From a virus (Duplodnaviria > Heunggongvirae > Uroviricota > Caudoviricetes): a DNA stretch of 17,384 bases. The notes beneath the pieces were generated by a model that was given only the letters and a program-made list of their open reading frames with translations, searched no databases and was not told where the DNA came from. The position numbers and the translations under genes are program-made. The stretch spans positions 1-17,384 of IMG/VR virus record IMGVR_UViG_2778261639_000015. The stretch is one strand, 5' to 3'. Numbering within the stretch: position 1 is the stretch's first letter; every line of letters begins with the position of its first letter. This document shows, piece by piece, positions 1 through 7,993 of the stretch.

Positions 1-77
1 AGGCGCTCGCACTAATGACGCCCGTGGAATATATTTTAAAAGAGAATAAAAATTGCAATATGTGGTGGACCCATACA
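1..77. repeat. Left copy of a perfect 77-bp terminal inverted repeat (reverse complement of 17308-17384)
   Basis: Bases 1-77 are the exact reverse complement of 17308-17384; identity breaks at position 78 (g here vs a in the partner). Compared by eye. Confidence 0.9.
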
Positions 78-156
78 GCTCATTGTTTTTTAACCTCAAC
101 TCAGATTAAAATTCGTTTTGTTCAGTGAATGATCTTGCCGGATACACACTGTTCAT

Positions 157-177
157 AGCCTGCGCCATACGCAGGCT
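157..177. terminator. Hairpin (8-bp stem AGCCTGCG / CGCAGGCT, 5-nt loop) next to the racC 3' end; possible terminator
   Basis: Perfect inverted repeat 157-164 / 170-177. A T-rich run (atttcttt) follows on the + strand only; on the - strand, downstream of racC, no U-tract follows. Confidence 0.3.
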
Positions 178-184
178 ATTTCTT

Positions 185-460
185 TCAGATTTCACCTTTT
201 AATTTCATTGCAATTAGAGTTGCCAGAAATTCGGCTTTTTTTTCTGCGGGCAGATTCTTTCCGGTATGCACCAGGCACATTTTTTTGACACCTTCGTGAA
301 GTGTTTTAACGTTGCCTGATGGACCGTCGATATCAACCACAGTGAATGGGGTTTCTTTATTTTCTGTTTTAATCACGTAGCCAATACGCTTTCCTTCCAG
401 ATTAACTTCGTGAACAATGTCATCAGTAGTTACAACAGTGGCTTCATAACTGGTAATCAT
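185..460 (-). CDS. racC: RacC (91 aa), Rac prophage early-left protein of unknown function
   Basis: ORF 185..508 trimmed to the ATG at 460 (MITSYEATVV...), preceded by AAGGAG. Length and sequence match my memory of K-12 RacC. Confidence 0.85.
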   Translation of the reverse strand: MITSYEATVVTTDDIVHEVNLEGKRIGYVIKTENKETPFTVVDIDGPSGNVKTLHEGVKKMCLVHTGKNLPAEKKAEFLATLIAMKLKGEI

Positions 461-534
461 GTTTTTCTCCTTAATTAAGGTTGAGCGAATCCCTGCCATT
501 GCTGGCATAAATTCAGTTTCGCATAGTCAGTTAA

Positions 535-705
535 TTAAAGTTCGTGTGCCATCTGGTCTTTTTCGGCACATATTTCACTACAATATTTTTTCATTTCCGT
601 CGTTGGGATAACTCCACGCATGAAATGAAGTGGTCTTTTAATGCTTTTGCTTTCTTTAACTTCTTTATCGCAAAGGTGGTAAGCACATTTTATTTTCTTA
701 GTCAT
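535..705 (-). CDS. ydaE: YdaE (56 aa), small Cys-rich (CxxC...CxxxC) zinc-ribbon-like protein
   Basis: Hand-translated minus-strand [59 protein letters not shown]; below the ORF-track size cutoff. Its start ATG shares one base with the kilR stop (TGATGA). Confidence 0.8.
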   Translation of the reverse strand: MTKKIKCAYHLCDKEVKESKSIKRPLHFMRGVIPTTEMKKYCSEICAEKDQMAHEL

Positions 706-926
706 CACCATGACTCCGCCTTTACAGGTAAACCATCACGACCGAGGAAGACTTTAATCATGCAGTCAGTAATGCATGTTTTTGTGGTCAGGTTTCGAAT
801 ATAAAGTTTTCGCTTTTTAATATTGTTTGCCGAGGCAATATATGTCCGGCCGTTATGAAGAACATAATCACCAGGAGTCACACACTGACGAGGTATTTCA
901 TCAGTTCCGAAGTGATGAGCAATCAT
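705..926 (-). CDS. kilR: KilR (73 aa), Rac prophage cell-division inhibitor (FtsZ antagonist)
   Basis: ORF 705..944 trimmed to the ATG at 926 ([14 protein letters not shown]...), with GGAG 6 nt upstream. 73 aa as in K-12 KilR. Confidence 0.85.
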   Translation of the reverse strand: MIAHHFGTDEIPRQCVTPGDYVLHNGRTYIASANNIKKRKLYIRNLTTKTCITDCMIKVFLGRDGLPVKAESW

Positions 927-1356
927 AATTATCTCCATTTTCACAAATGAACCTTGTTGATGCGGTGCCTGGTGCCTCCAGGTGACGTTAACCAGTTAAC
1001 AATTAACGCCGGATAATCCCCCCATAACACTGATGCTTTTAACTGTTCCGCGTGCGCTTAGCCGCATTCACCGCATCACAAAATTCACTTTAAAAAGGGC
1101 GGACATCAGCCGAACTTCAAGAAAAAACTGATGCCGCCAAGACTACACACAGCAATGTCGTTATTTACAACCGGAGGCGCACTCCCACCATTTAAATTTA
1201 ACAGACAAGACCGACTCTTTATGGATATCGGAAATGCGCCTTCGTGTTGCGCCCAGTTTTATTTCACCACCTCCGGGCTTCGGTGGTCTCGGCTATACCC
1301 CTACAGCGAAAGCTTGTGTTAACATTTCAATACCCTTACAGTTGAGAGTTATTGAT

Positions 1357-1845
1357 ATGTTGGATGTATTTACTCCATTGTTGAAACTTTTTGCTAACGA
1401 GCCACTCGAAAGACTTATGTATACGATTATCATTTTTGGTCTCACTCTCTGGCTGATACCGAAAGAGTTTACTGTCGCATTCAATGCTTATACTGAAATA
1501 CCTTGGCTCTTTCAGATTATCGTTTTTGCCTTTTCTTTCGTGGTCGCCATTTCCTTCTCAAGATTGCGAGCACATATTCAAAAGCATTATTCATTACTAC
1601 CAGAGCAACGAGTATTGCTTCGTTTATCTGAGAAAGAAATAGCTGTATTTAAAGATTTCCTTAAAACAGGAAATCTTATTATCACTTCTCCTTGCCGTAA
1701 CCCGGTTATGAAAAAATTAGAACGGAAGGGCATCATTCAACATCAGAGTGATAGCGCAAACTGTTCTTATTATCTCGTCACCGAAAAATACTCCCATTTT
1801 ATGAAGTTATTCTGGAACAGCAGGAGTAGACGTTTTAATCGTTAG
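1357..1845 (+). CDS. sieB: SieB-like superinfection exclusion protein (162 aa, two hydrophobic helices)
   Basis: ORF 1234..1845 trimmed to the ATG at 1357 (MLDVFTPLLKLF...). Membrane-protein profile; same position and orientation as sieB in Rac and lambda, transcribed opposite to the early-left genes. Confidence 0.8.
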   Translation: MLDVFTPLLKLFANEPLERLMYTIIIFGLTLWLIPKEFTVAFNAYTEIPWLFQIIVFAFSFVVAISFSRLRAHIQKHYSLLPEQRVLLRLSEKEIAVFKDFLKTGNLIITSPCRNPVMKKLERKGIIQHQSDSANCSYYLVTEKYSHFMKLFWNSRSRRFNR

Positions 1846-1997
1846 TTTACTGTGTGCTTCTCCAACCATCGGCGCGCACCAGTTTCGGTTTTAAATGTTT
1901 TGCTTTTGGTATACGTCATAGCAGTGAACGTTCCATCTTGGTTGGGGAACACGCCGCACACCATGGATTCGTTATTGCCGAGGTCGATTTTTTGCAT
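1842..1997 (-). CDS. ydaF: YdaF (51 aa) small early-left protein
   Basis: Hand-translated MQKIDLGNNESMVCGVFPNQDGTFTAMTYTKSKTFKTETGARRWLEKHTVN; GAGGTG upstream. Its 3' end overlaps the convergent sieB stop by 4 nt. Confidence 0.75.
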   Translation of the reverse strand: MQKIDLGNNESMVCGVFPNQDGTFTAMTYTKSKTFKTETGARRWLEKHTVN

Positions 1998-2007
1998 TTT
2001 TCGCACC

Positions 2008-2142
2008 TCACATCTTGTTGTTGCGGATAGAGGCTTCTGCCTGCCAGAGATCCCAGTCGTTGCTGCGTAAAGCCTGCACAGCCTGGTTGTAAGTGATGCC
2101 GCAACAATCCATCAAATACTGAACTACTTCGTAATGCACCAT
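2008..2142 (-). CDS. ydaG: YdaG (44 aa) small early-left protein
   Basis: Hand-translated MVHYEVVQYLMDCCGITYNQAVQALRSNDWDLWQAEASIRNNKM; RBS AAGGGGAGAG upstream. First gene of the leftward operon. Confidence 0.75.
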   Translation of the reverse strand: MVHYEVVQYLMDCCGITYNQAVQALRSNDWDLWQAEASIRNNKM

Positions 2143-2311
2143 CTTATCTCTCCCCTTAACGCCGGGTGGCGGAACTAACTGCTGCACTGCAAAATTTGAA
2201 TCCCGCCGTCATGTTCATACGCCTCGGGCTGGCTACTTAACCCCTTACCACGGCCTGGTAACTCGAAGTATTGCCCGGCGTTCTGTGGGGCGGGGTGGGT
2301 GGTATGCTGGA

Positions 2312-2340
2312 ACTATAGGTAATGCCTAATTGATTGTCAA
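2312..2340 (-). promoter_or_regulatory. PL-like leftward sigma70 promoter (-35 TTGACA, 17-bp spacer, -10 TATAGT)
   Basis: Minus strand reads TTGACA (2340-2335), 17 nt, TATAGT (2317-2312). A GCCTAAT operator half-site lies in the spacer. It points toward ydaG. Confidence 0.5.
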
Positions 2341-2377
2341 TAGGCTGTGCCTAATGTTTTGAGCGTAACCTAATAGG
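2321..2377. promoter_or_regulatory. OL-like operator cluster: repeated ATTAGGC/GCCTAAT half-sites and one TAGGC-N3-GCCTA palindrome
   Basis: GCCTAAT at 2324-2330 and 2349-2355; palindrome TAGGCtgtGCCTA at 2341-2353; CCTAATAGG at 2369-2377. The same motif family occurs on the other side of racR. Confidence 0.5.
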
Positions 2378-2449
2378 TGATGACGACAGGAGAAAGTGAT
2401 GGGGGGTTAAATAACGGAATCCAGGAGTTTTCCGTCAGACCATATAAGT

Positions 2450-2926
2450 TTAAGTTCCAGTTTTTGTGATGTTCTGGCTTTTTCGTTCAGATTCTAGAGC
2501 TTTCAGATACTTACCCACTTTCATTTCCATCGCTGCTATGTAGGCGCGAACATCGTGGTCAACCCAATCTGGTTCTGTAGCATTTCCAGATAACAGGAAA
2601 GCTACAATCGCTCTTATTTCATCAGAGGCTGCTTGATAAAGGTTGTTTATATCTAAAAGTTCACTTTTTGTATCTGAATTGGTGGGGGTTGGTATGGGGT
2701 ATTCGTTAAGCCCCCAATGCTCTGGACCAACAACATCAGAAAAGAAACGCCATAATTCTGGAAGTTTATCTTTACTTATGGAGCCTTTCTTAATCCAGTC
2801 ATAAATTGATGGTGGTTGGACTTTGAAGTGGCGTGCGACCTCCGCCTTTGATTTGACGGATCCCGATGCGATTTTTTTGTTAATGGCCTGCTCTATCGCT
2901 CGGCCTAAGTCTTTACCACTAAGCAT
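2450..2926 (-). CDS. racR: RacR prophage repressor (158 aa)
   Basis: ORF 2450..2926 (MLSGKDLGRAIEQAINKK...). Divergent from ydaS with an operator-rich intergenic region; AGGAG RBS upstream of the start on the minus strand. Confidence 0.9.
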   Translation of the reverse strand: MLSGKDLGRAIEQAINKKIASGSVKSKAEVARHFKVQPPSIYDWIKKGSISKDKLPELWRFFSDVVGPEHWGLNEYPIPTPTNSDTKSELLDINNLYQAASDEIRAIVAFLLSGNATEPDWVDHDVRAYIAAMEMKVGKYLKALESERKSQNITKTGT

Positions 2927-2945
2927 TGCTTAATATTCTCCTATG

Positions 2946-3019
2946 CTCATTGCATTAGGCAATCCCTACCCTCATTGCATTAGGCATAGCCTATTGACAT
3001 TTATGTTAGGCGTCGCCTA
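2946..3019. promoter_or_regulatory. OR-like operator cluster: 16-bp direct repeat x2 plus two TAGGC-N3-GCCTA palindromes
   Basis: CTCATTGCATTAGGCA at 2946-2961 and 2971-2986 (25-bp period). Palindromes TAGGCataGCCTA at 2981-2993 and TAGGCgtcGCCTA at 3007-3019. Confidence 0.55.
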
Positions 3020-3023
3020 ATAT
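2994..3023 (+). promoter_or_regulatory. PR-like rightward sigma70 promoter for ydaS (-35 TTGACA, 18-bp spacer, -10 TAATAT)
   Basis: TTGACA at 2994-2999 and TAATAT at 3018-3023. The operator palindrome 3007-3019 overlaps the spacer and -10; the ydaS ATG at 3050 follows a GGAG. Confidence 0.5.
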
Positions 3024-3049
3024 TTCTGTGTGTTTTTGGAGTTCATTCG

Positions 3050-3346
3050 ATGAAAAAAGAGAACTATTCATTCAAGCAAGCTTGTGCTGTTGTCGGTGGG
3101 CAATCAGCAATGGCTAGGCTTTTAGGTGTATCACCTCCAAGCGTAAATCAATGGATCAAAGGGGTACGTCAATTGCCTGCCGAGAGATGTCCAGCAATTG
3201 AACGTGCAACAAGAGGTGAGGTTCTGTGCGAAGAACTTCGTCCTGATATTGACTGGTCATATTTACGACGTTCGGCATGTTGTTCGCAGAATATGTCAGT
3301 GAAGCAACTAAATGACAGTAACAAATCCTCATTTGATCATACCTGA
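3050..3346 (+). CDS. ydaS: YdaS (98 aa), Cro-like HTH protein; toxic when derepressed in K-12
   Basis: ORF 3050..3346 (MKKENYSFKQACAVVGGQSAMARLLGVSPPSVNQWIKG...), an HTH-like segment. First rightward gene after the OR region. Confidence 0.85.
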   Translation: MKKENYSFKQACAVVGGQSAMARLLGVSPPSVNQWIKGVRQLPAERCPAIERATRGEVLCEELRPDIDWSYLRRSACCSQNMSVKQLNDSNKSSFDHT

Positions 3347-3368
3347 AACATCAAGAGGCAAATGATTC

Positions 3369-3791
3369 ATGAAAATCAAGCATGAGCACATCGAATCAGT
3401 GTTGTTTGCCCTAGCAGCCGAAAAAGGGCAGGCATGGGTAGCCAATGCCATTACTGAAGAATATCTGCGCCAGGGGGGCGGCGAATTGCCCCTGGTTCCA
3501 GGCAAGGACTGGAACAATCAGCAGAATATCTATCACCGTTGGTTGAAAGGTGAAACGAATGCGCAAAGGGAAAAAATTCAGAAATTGATCCCTGCGGTTC
3601 TGGCAATTCTTCCTCGCGAGCTGCGTCACCGACTCTGCATCTTCGATACCCTGGAACGCCGTGCATTACTGGCGGCGCAGGAAGCGTTAAGTACGGCAAT
3701 TGATGCGCATGATGATGCAGTCCAGGCCGTTTACCGGAAAGCGCATTTCAGCGGCGGCGGGTCTTCCGACGATTCTGTCATTGTTCATTAA
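3369..3791 (+). CDS. ydaT: YdaT (140 aa) early protein
   Basis: ORF 3369..3791 (MKIKHEHIESVLFALAAEKGQAWV...), 140 aa as in K-12 YdaT; immediately downstream of ydaS. Confidence 0.85.
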   Translation: MKIKHEHIESVLFALAAEKGQAWVANAITEEYLRQGGGELPLVPGKDWNNQQNIYHRWLKGETNAQREKIQKLIPAVLAILPRELRHRLCIFDTLERRALLAAQEALSTAIDAHDDAVQAVYRKAHFSGGGSSDDSVIVH

Positions 3792-3803
3792 GCAAAAGTT
3801 TCC

Positions 3804-4661
3804 ATGCTGTTTGTGCTTATTCTAAGCAATCGGGCAGCATCATACGGGGCAATTATGGCCGCATTACCATACATGCAACTGTACATAGCTGATTACCTGG
3901 CTGACACCATGCATTTGTCAGCAGAGGAGCATGGTGCGTATTTGTTGCTGATGTTCAATTACTGGCAAACAGGAAAGCCAATACCTAAAAACAGGCTGGC
4001 AAAAATTGCCCGTCTGACTAACGAGCGATGGGCTGATGTTGAACCGTCCTTGCGGGAGTTTTTTTGCGATAACGGCGAGGAATGGGTGCATCTTCGGATT
4101 GAGGAAGATCTGGCATCAGTCAGGGAAAAATTAACCAAAAAATCAGCCGCAGGAAAAGCATCGGTTCAGGCCAGAAGAAGCAGAAAGGAAGCAGATGTTC
4201 AAACAAAACAAGAGAGAAATTTAACAGGTGTTCAAACAGATGTTGAAGTGGTGTTTGAACATGATGTCAACACAAAGGCAACTAATAAAGATACAGATAA
4301 AGATCTAAAAACAGATCCCCCCCTAAATCCCCCCCGGGGGAATCGAGGTGTCAAAAAGTTTGACCCTCTGGATATTGCTTTGCCGAACTGGATTTCTGTC
4401 TCGCTCTGGCGTGAGTGGGTTGAATTTCGCCAGGCATTGCGTAAACCGATTCGAACGGAGCAGGGCGCTAACGGGGCGATACGGGAGCTGGAAAAATTCC
4501 GCCAGCAGGGTTTTTCACCTGAGCAGGTGATTCGACACAGCATCGCCAATGAATACCAGGGCTTGTTCGCGCCAAAAGGTGTTCGACCTGAGACGTTACT
4601 CCGACAGGTTAACACCGTCTCGTTACCGGATAGTGCGATCCCGCCAGGCTTCAGGGGGTAA
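3804..4661 (+). CDS. ydaU: YdaU (285 aa), probable replication-initiation (O-like) protein
   Basis: ORF 3804..4661. No clear RBS at 3804; an alternative in-frame ATG at 3855 (MAALPYMQLY...) has a better GGGG-type RBS. Sits directly upstream of the DnaC-like loader. Confidence 0.75.
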   Translation: MLFVLILSNRAASYGAIMAALPYMQLYIADYLADTMHLSAEEHGAYLLLMFNYWQTGKPIPKNRLAKIARLTNERWADVEPSLREFFCDNGEEWVHLRIEEDLASVREKLTKKSAAGKASVQARRSRKEADVQTKQERNLTGVQTDVEVVFEHDVNTKATNKDTDKDLKTDPPLNPPRGNRGVKKFDPLDIALPNWISVSLWREWVEFRQALRKPIRTEQGANGAIRELEKFRQQGFSPEQVIRHSIANEYQGLFAPKGVRPETLLRQVNTVSLPDSAIPPGFRG

Positions 4662-4667
4662 CTGACC

Positions 4668-5414
4668 ATGAAAAATATTGCGGCAGGAGGCATTCTTGAA
4701 CGTATCCGCAGACTGGCCCCGCCACATGTAACCGCCCCATTCAAAACGGTAGCGGAGTGGCGCGAGTGGCAACTTTCCGAAGGCCAGAAACGTTGTGAGG
4801 AGATCAACCGTCAGAATCGTCAGTTGCGGGTGGAAAAAATTCTGAATCGCTCTGGCATCCAGCCATTGCACCGCAAATGCTCGTTTGCGAATTACCAGGT
4901 GCAGAACGACGGTCAGCGATACGCGTTGAACCAGGCGAAATCTATCGCTGATGAACTGATGACCGGGTGTACAAATTTTGCGTTCAGCGGAAAACCTGGT
5001 ACCGGAAAAAACCATCTGGCGGCGGCTATCGGGAATCGCCTGCTGAAAGATGGCCAGACAGTGATTGTGGTTACCGTGGCTGATGTCATGAGTGCTCTAC
5101 ACGCCAGCTATGACGACGGGCAATCAGGCGAAAAATTTTTGCGGGAACTGTGCCAAGTGGATCTGCTGGTTCTTGATGAAATTGGCATTCAGCGCGAGAC
5201 AAAAAACGAGCAGGTGGTGCTGCACCAGATTGTTGATCGCCGGACAGCGTCGATGCGCAGCGTGGGGATGCTGACAAACCTGAACTATGAGGCCATGAAA
5301 ACATTGCTCGGCGAGCGGATTATGGATCGCATGACCATGAACGGCGGGCGATGGGTGAATTTTAACTGGGAGAGCTGGCGTCCGAATGTCGTCCAGCCAG
5401 GAATTGCGAAGTGA
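4668..5414 (+). CDS. ydaV: YdaV (248 aa), DnaC-like replicative helicase loader
   Basis: ORF 4668..5414 with Walker [18 protein letters not shown] and Walker B LLVLDEIG; RBS AGGGGG upstream. Confidence 0.9.
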   Translation: MKNIAAGGILERIRRLAPPHVTAPFKTVAEWREWQLSEGQKRCEEINRQNRQLRVEKILNRSGIQPLHRKCSFANYQVQNDGQRYALNQAKSIADELMTGCTNFAFSGKPGTGKNHLAAAIGNRLLKDGQTVIVVTVADVMSALHASYDDGQSGEKFLRELCQVDLLVLDEIGIQRETKNEQVVLHQIVDRRTASMRSVGMLTNLNYEAMKTLLGERIMDRMTMNGGRWVNFNWESWRPNVVQPGIAK

Positions 5415-5436
5415 TTTTTACCGGGAGGAAATTTTA

Positions 5437-6198
5437 ATGGAAACCGTTTTTGATGCACTGAAAGCAATGGGAAAAGCCACGTCGGTAGAACTGGCTGCGC
5501 GACTTGATATCAGTCGTGAAGAAGTGCTGAACGAGCTGTGGGAACTTAAAAAGGCTGGCTTCGTTGATAAAAGCGTATACACCTGGCGTGTGGCTGATAA
5601 CAACGTTCAGCAGGAACAGCCAGAGCAGGCAGAACTGCCGGAAGAAACCACCACGGCAACAGTAGCGAAAATCTCAGAGTGCGATTTAACCGCGACGATT
5701 GAACAACGTGGCCCACAAACGGCGGATGAACTGGCTACGTTTTTCGGCACCACATCACGCAAAGTGGCTTCAACGCTGGCAATGGCAATCAGCAAAGGCC
5801 GTCTGATTCGCGTTAATCAGAACGGTAAATTTCGTTACTGCATGCCGGGCGATGATTTACCAGCAGAGCCGAAAGCTGCATCGGTAACGGAAACTGATGG
5901 TAAAACCTTTCCTCAGCCAGCCGGTGTTGCGTTACCAGTACAGGAAGCGGCAACACAGGAAGATATTAAAACAGAAACTGTGGCGGACATTGTGCAGTCG
6001 CTGCCATCGTTTACTGAAACGCGAGCTGATGACCTGATTTTGCCATCGCTGCATATGGCAAACCGCGAACTGCGTCGGGCGAAAAATCATGTCCAGAAGT
6101 GGGAGCGAGTCTGCGCCGCGCTGCGGGAGCTGAACAAGCACCGGGATATTGTTCGACAGATTGCTGATTCTTCCCGCCGTGTTGTATCGGAAAAGTGA
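5437..6198 (+). CDS. YdaW-like hypothetical protein (253 aa); probably the intact version of the gene that is a remnant in K-12
   Basis: ORF 5386..6198 trimmed to the ATG at 5437 ([13 protein letters not shown]...), with GGGAGG 7 nt upstream. Acidic, low-complexity middle region. Confidence 0.6.
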   Translation: METVFDALKAMGKATSVELAARLDISREEVLNELWELKKAGFVDKSVYTWRVADNNVQQEQPEQAELPEETTTATVAKISECDLTATIEQRGPQTADELATFFGTTSRKVASTLAMAISKGRLIRVNQNGKFRYCMPGDDLPAEPKAASVTETDGKTFPQPAGVALPVQEAATQEDIKTETVADIVQSLPSFTETRADDLILPSLHMANRELRRAKNHVQKWERVCAALRELNKHRDIVRQIADSSRRVVSEK

Positions 6199-6213
6199 TT
6201 GCCGGAGGCGCTT

Positions 6214-6645
6214 ATGGCAAAAGTATTTACACAAGAAGAGCGGGAAAAAATTAAAGGGCAGGTTGTTGAGCTAGTACGCCGGAGTGGACGCGAGACGTTA
6301 CGACAACTGGAGGCCAAGACAGGTGCGACAAGATATCTGATGAGCGTTCTCGCCAGAGAGCTGGTTGCCAGTGGCGATGTATACAACTCTGGTTACGGGT
6401 TATTCCCGTCTGAACAGGCTCGTAAGGACTGGCAAAATGCCCGCAAAAAACTATCCAGGGCAAAGGTGAAGAAACCATCTGTGGTTGATCCGGACCTTAT
6501 CTGGTCATTACCAGACGGAGAAATACGCCGCTACGACAGGCGTCTGAACATAATCTGTCGCGAGTGCCGGAAGAGTGAAGTTATGCAGCGTGTGCTGGCG
6601 TTTTATCAGAATGGTTTTCGAGAGAGGCTTGGAGATCAGGGATGA
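6214..6645 (+). CDS. Hypothetical protein (143 aa), basic; function unknown
   Basis: ORF 6199..6645 trimmed to the ATG at 6214 (MAKVFTQEEREK...), with GGAGG upstream. Last gene before the AT-rich insertion. Confidence 0.5.
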   Translation: MAKVFTQEEREKIKGQVVELVRRSGRETLRQLEAKTGATRYLMSVLARELVASGDVYNSGYGLFPSEQARKDWQNARKKLSRAKVKKPSVVDPDLIWSLPDGEIRRYDRRLNIICRECRKSEVMQRVLAFYQNGFRERLGDQG

Positions 6646-6838
6646 ATAGAACGATGAAGGATGGAAGCTACATATTCTCGGTACTAAGATTTATTTTTCT
6701 GACACAAAATGACCATTTGGCGTTACATAATCCCAAAAAAACGTATCAAAAATCTCAAAATGCGTTACGATTAGAGAGTATTTTGATTCTGCGTGCTCAT
6801 TTTTTGATTGCTGTGGCTTTTTGTTGTGGGAGTGTTGA

Positions 6839-7993
6839 ATGGATTATTTATCAGAAGTGTTAAAAATCATTGAAGGTGCAACAAAGGCAAATGCTTCGAT
6901 GGCTAGTAATTATGCTGGGTTGCTGGCAGATAAGCTCGAACAAAAAGGGGAGGTCAAGCAAGCCAGAATGATAAGAGAAAGGTTGCTTAGAGCTCCCCAG
7001 GCGTTGGCAGGAGCTCAAAGGGCTGGAGGTGGGATATCTCTGGGCTCATTACCGGTAGATATTGATAGTCGACTCAACACTGTTGATGTCAGTTATCCTA
7101 AATTAGACAGTTCAGAGATTTTTCTGCCTGCAGCAATCAGTACCCGTGTTGAAGAGTTTATCACTAATGTTCAACGTTATGATGAGTTTGTTAAAGCTGA
7201 TGCAGCATTGCCGAGTCGTATGCTCGTGTATGGAAAGCCAGGAACAGGTAAGACTATGTTATCTAAGTACATCGCTACCCGCTTAGATTTTCCACTTCTT
7301 ACAGTGCGTTGCGATACTTTGATTAGTAGTTTATTGGGACAAACCAGCAAAAATCTTAGACAGGTTTTCGATTATGTAATGCAGAGGCCATCAGTGCTTT
7401 TTTTAGACGAATTTGATGCTTTAGCTGGAGCAAGAGGTAATGAGAGAGATATAGGTGAGCTTCAGCGAGTTGTCATTTCACTATTGCAGAATATGGATGC
7501 GGCATCAGAGGATACGGTAATTATTGCCTCAACTAACCATGAGCAACTTCTGGATCCTGCAATCTGGAGGCGATTTAGCTTCAGAATTCCAATGCCTCTG
7601 CCTGACATACATCAGAGAGAGTTAATTTGGAAAAATCGTTTAAAGAATATGATATGTAGCGATCTAGATTTAAGTGATTTATCAAGAAAATCGGAAGGAT
7701 TATCCGGAGCAATAATTGAACAGGTGAGCTTGGATGCACGTAGGGATGCAGTTATTGAAGGTGCAAGTGTGATAAATCACCATAAATTGTATAGGCGTTT
7801 GTATCTTGCTCAATCGCTTATGGAAGGTGTAAATTTAAGCACTTACGAAGATGAAATTCGTTGGTTACGTTCTAAAGATAAAAAATTATTTTCTATCAGA
7901 GTTCTTGCTAATTTGTACAAACTTACATCAAGAGTAATTTCAAACATTCTGAAGGAGTCAGGAGCATATGAGCAGAAGGGGTACACAGTTTAG
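6839..7993 (+). CDS. AAA+ ATPase (384 aa, classical clade) with ~125-aa N-terminal extension; first gene of a candidate defence pair
   Basis: Walker A GKPGTGKT (aa 132-139, nt 7232-7255), Walker B VLFLDE (aa 186-191), sensor-1 STN (aa 231-233), Arg in the second region of homology (GARG, aa 197-200). RBS GGGAG 6 nt upstream. AT-rich codon usage. Confidence 0.85.
   Translation: MDYLSEVLKIIEGATKANASMASNYAGLLADKLEQKGEVKQARMIRERLLRAPQALAGAQRAGGGISLGSLPVDIDSRLNTVDVSYPKLDSSEIFLPAAISTRVEEFITNVQRYDEFVKADAALPSRMLVYGKPGTGKTMLSKYIATRLDFPLLTVRCDTLISSLLGQTSKNLRQVFDYVMQRPSVLFLDEFDALAGARGNERDIGELQRVVISLLQNMDAASEDTVIIASTNHEQLLDPAIWRRFSFRIPMPLPDIHQRELIWKNRLKNMICSDLDLSDLSRKSEGLSGAIIEQVSLDARRDAVIEGASVINHHKLYRRLYLAQSLMEGVNLSTYEDEIRWLRSKDKKLFSIRVLANLYKLTSRVISNILKESGAYEQKGYTV

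Noticed and set aside
544-804. 86-aa plus-strand ORF
   Set aside because: Lies antisense across ydaE and the kilR 3' end, both well supported on the minus strand; no RBS; phenylalanine-rich translation typical of an antisense frame.
1234-1356. N-terminal extension of the sieB ORF (track start at 1234)
   Set aside because: The extension (MRLRVAPSFISPPPGFGG...) is not membrane-protein-like and has no RBS; the ATG at 1357 gives the expected 162-aa SieB.
1852-2107. Track ORFs 1852..2070 (+) and 1916..2107 (-)
   Set aside because: These are wrong frames over the short ydaF and ydaG genes, which were recovered by hand on the minus strand with RBSs and matching K-12 lengths.
2185-2215. tRNA-like T-loop resemblance (tttgaatcccgcc)
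   Set aside because: No GGTTCGAATCC-type T-arm, no acceptor-stem pairing and no cloverleaf could be built on either strand.
3329-5603. Multiple antisense or alternative-frame ORFs inside ydaT, ydaU, ydaV and the ydaW-like gene (e.g. 4232..4807 -, 4623..5015 -, 3451..3699 -)
   Set aside because: All overlap same-locus genes with strong identity to known Rac proteins; GC-rich coding DNA commonly yields long spurious antisense frames.
6642-6863. 73-aa ORF in the AT-rich junction upstream of the ATPase
   Set aside because: Low-complexity hydrophobic translation, no RBS, sits in the insertion boundary and overlaps the ATPase start; more likely promoter/junction DNA.
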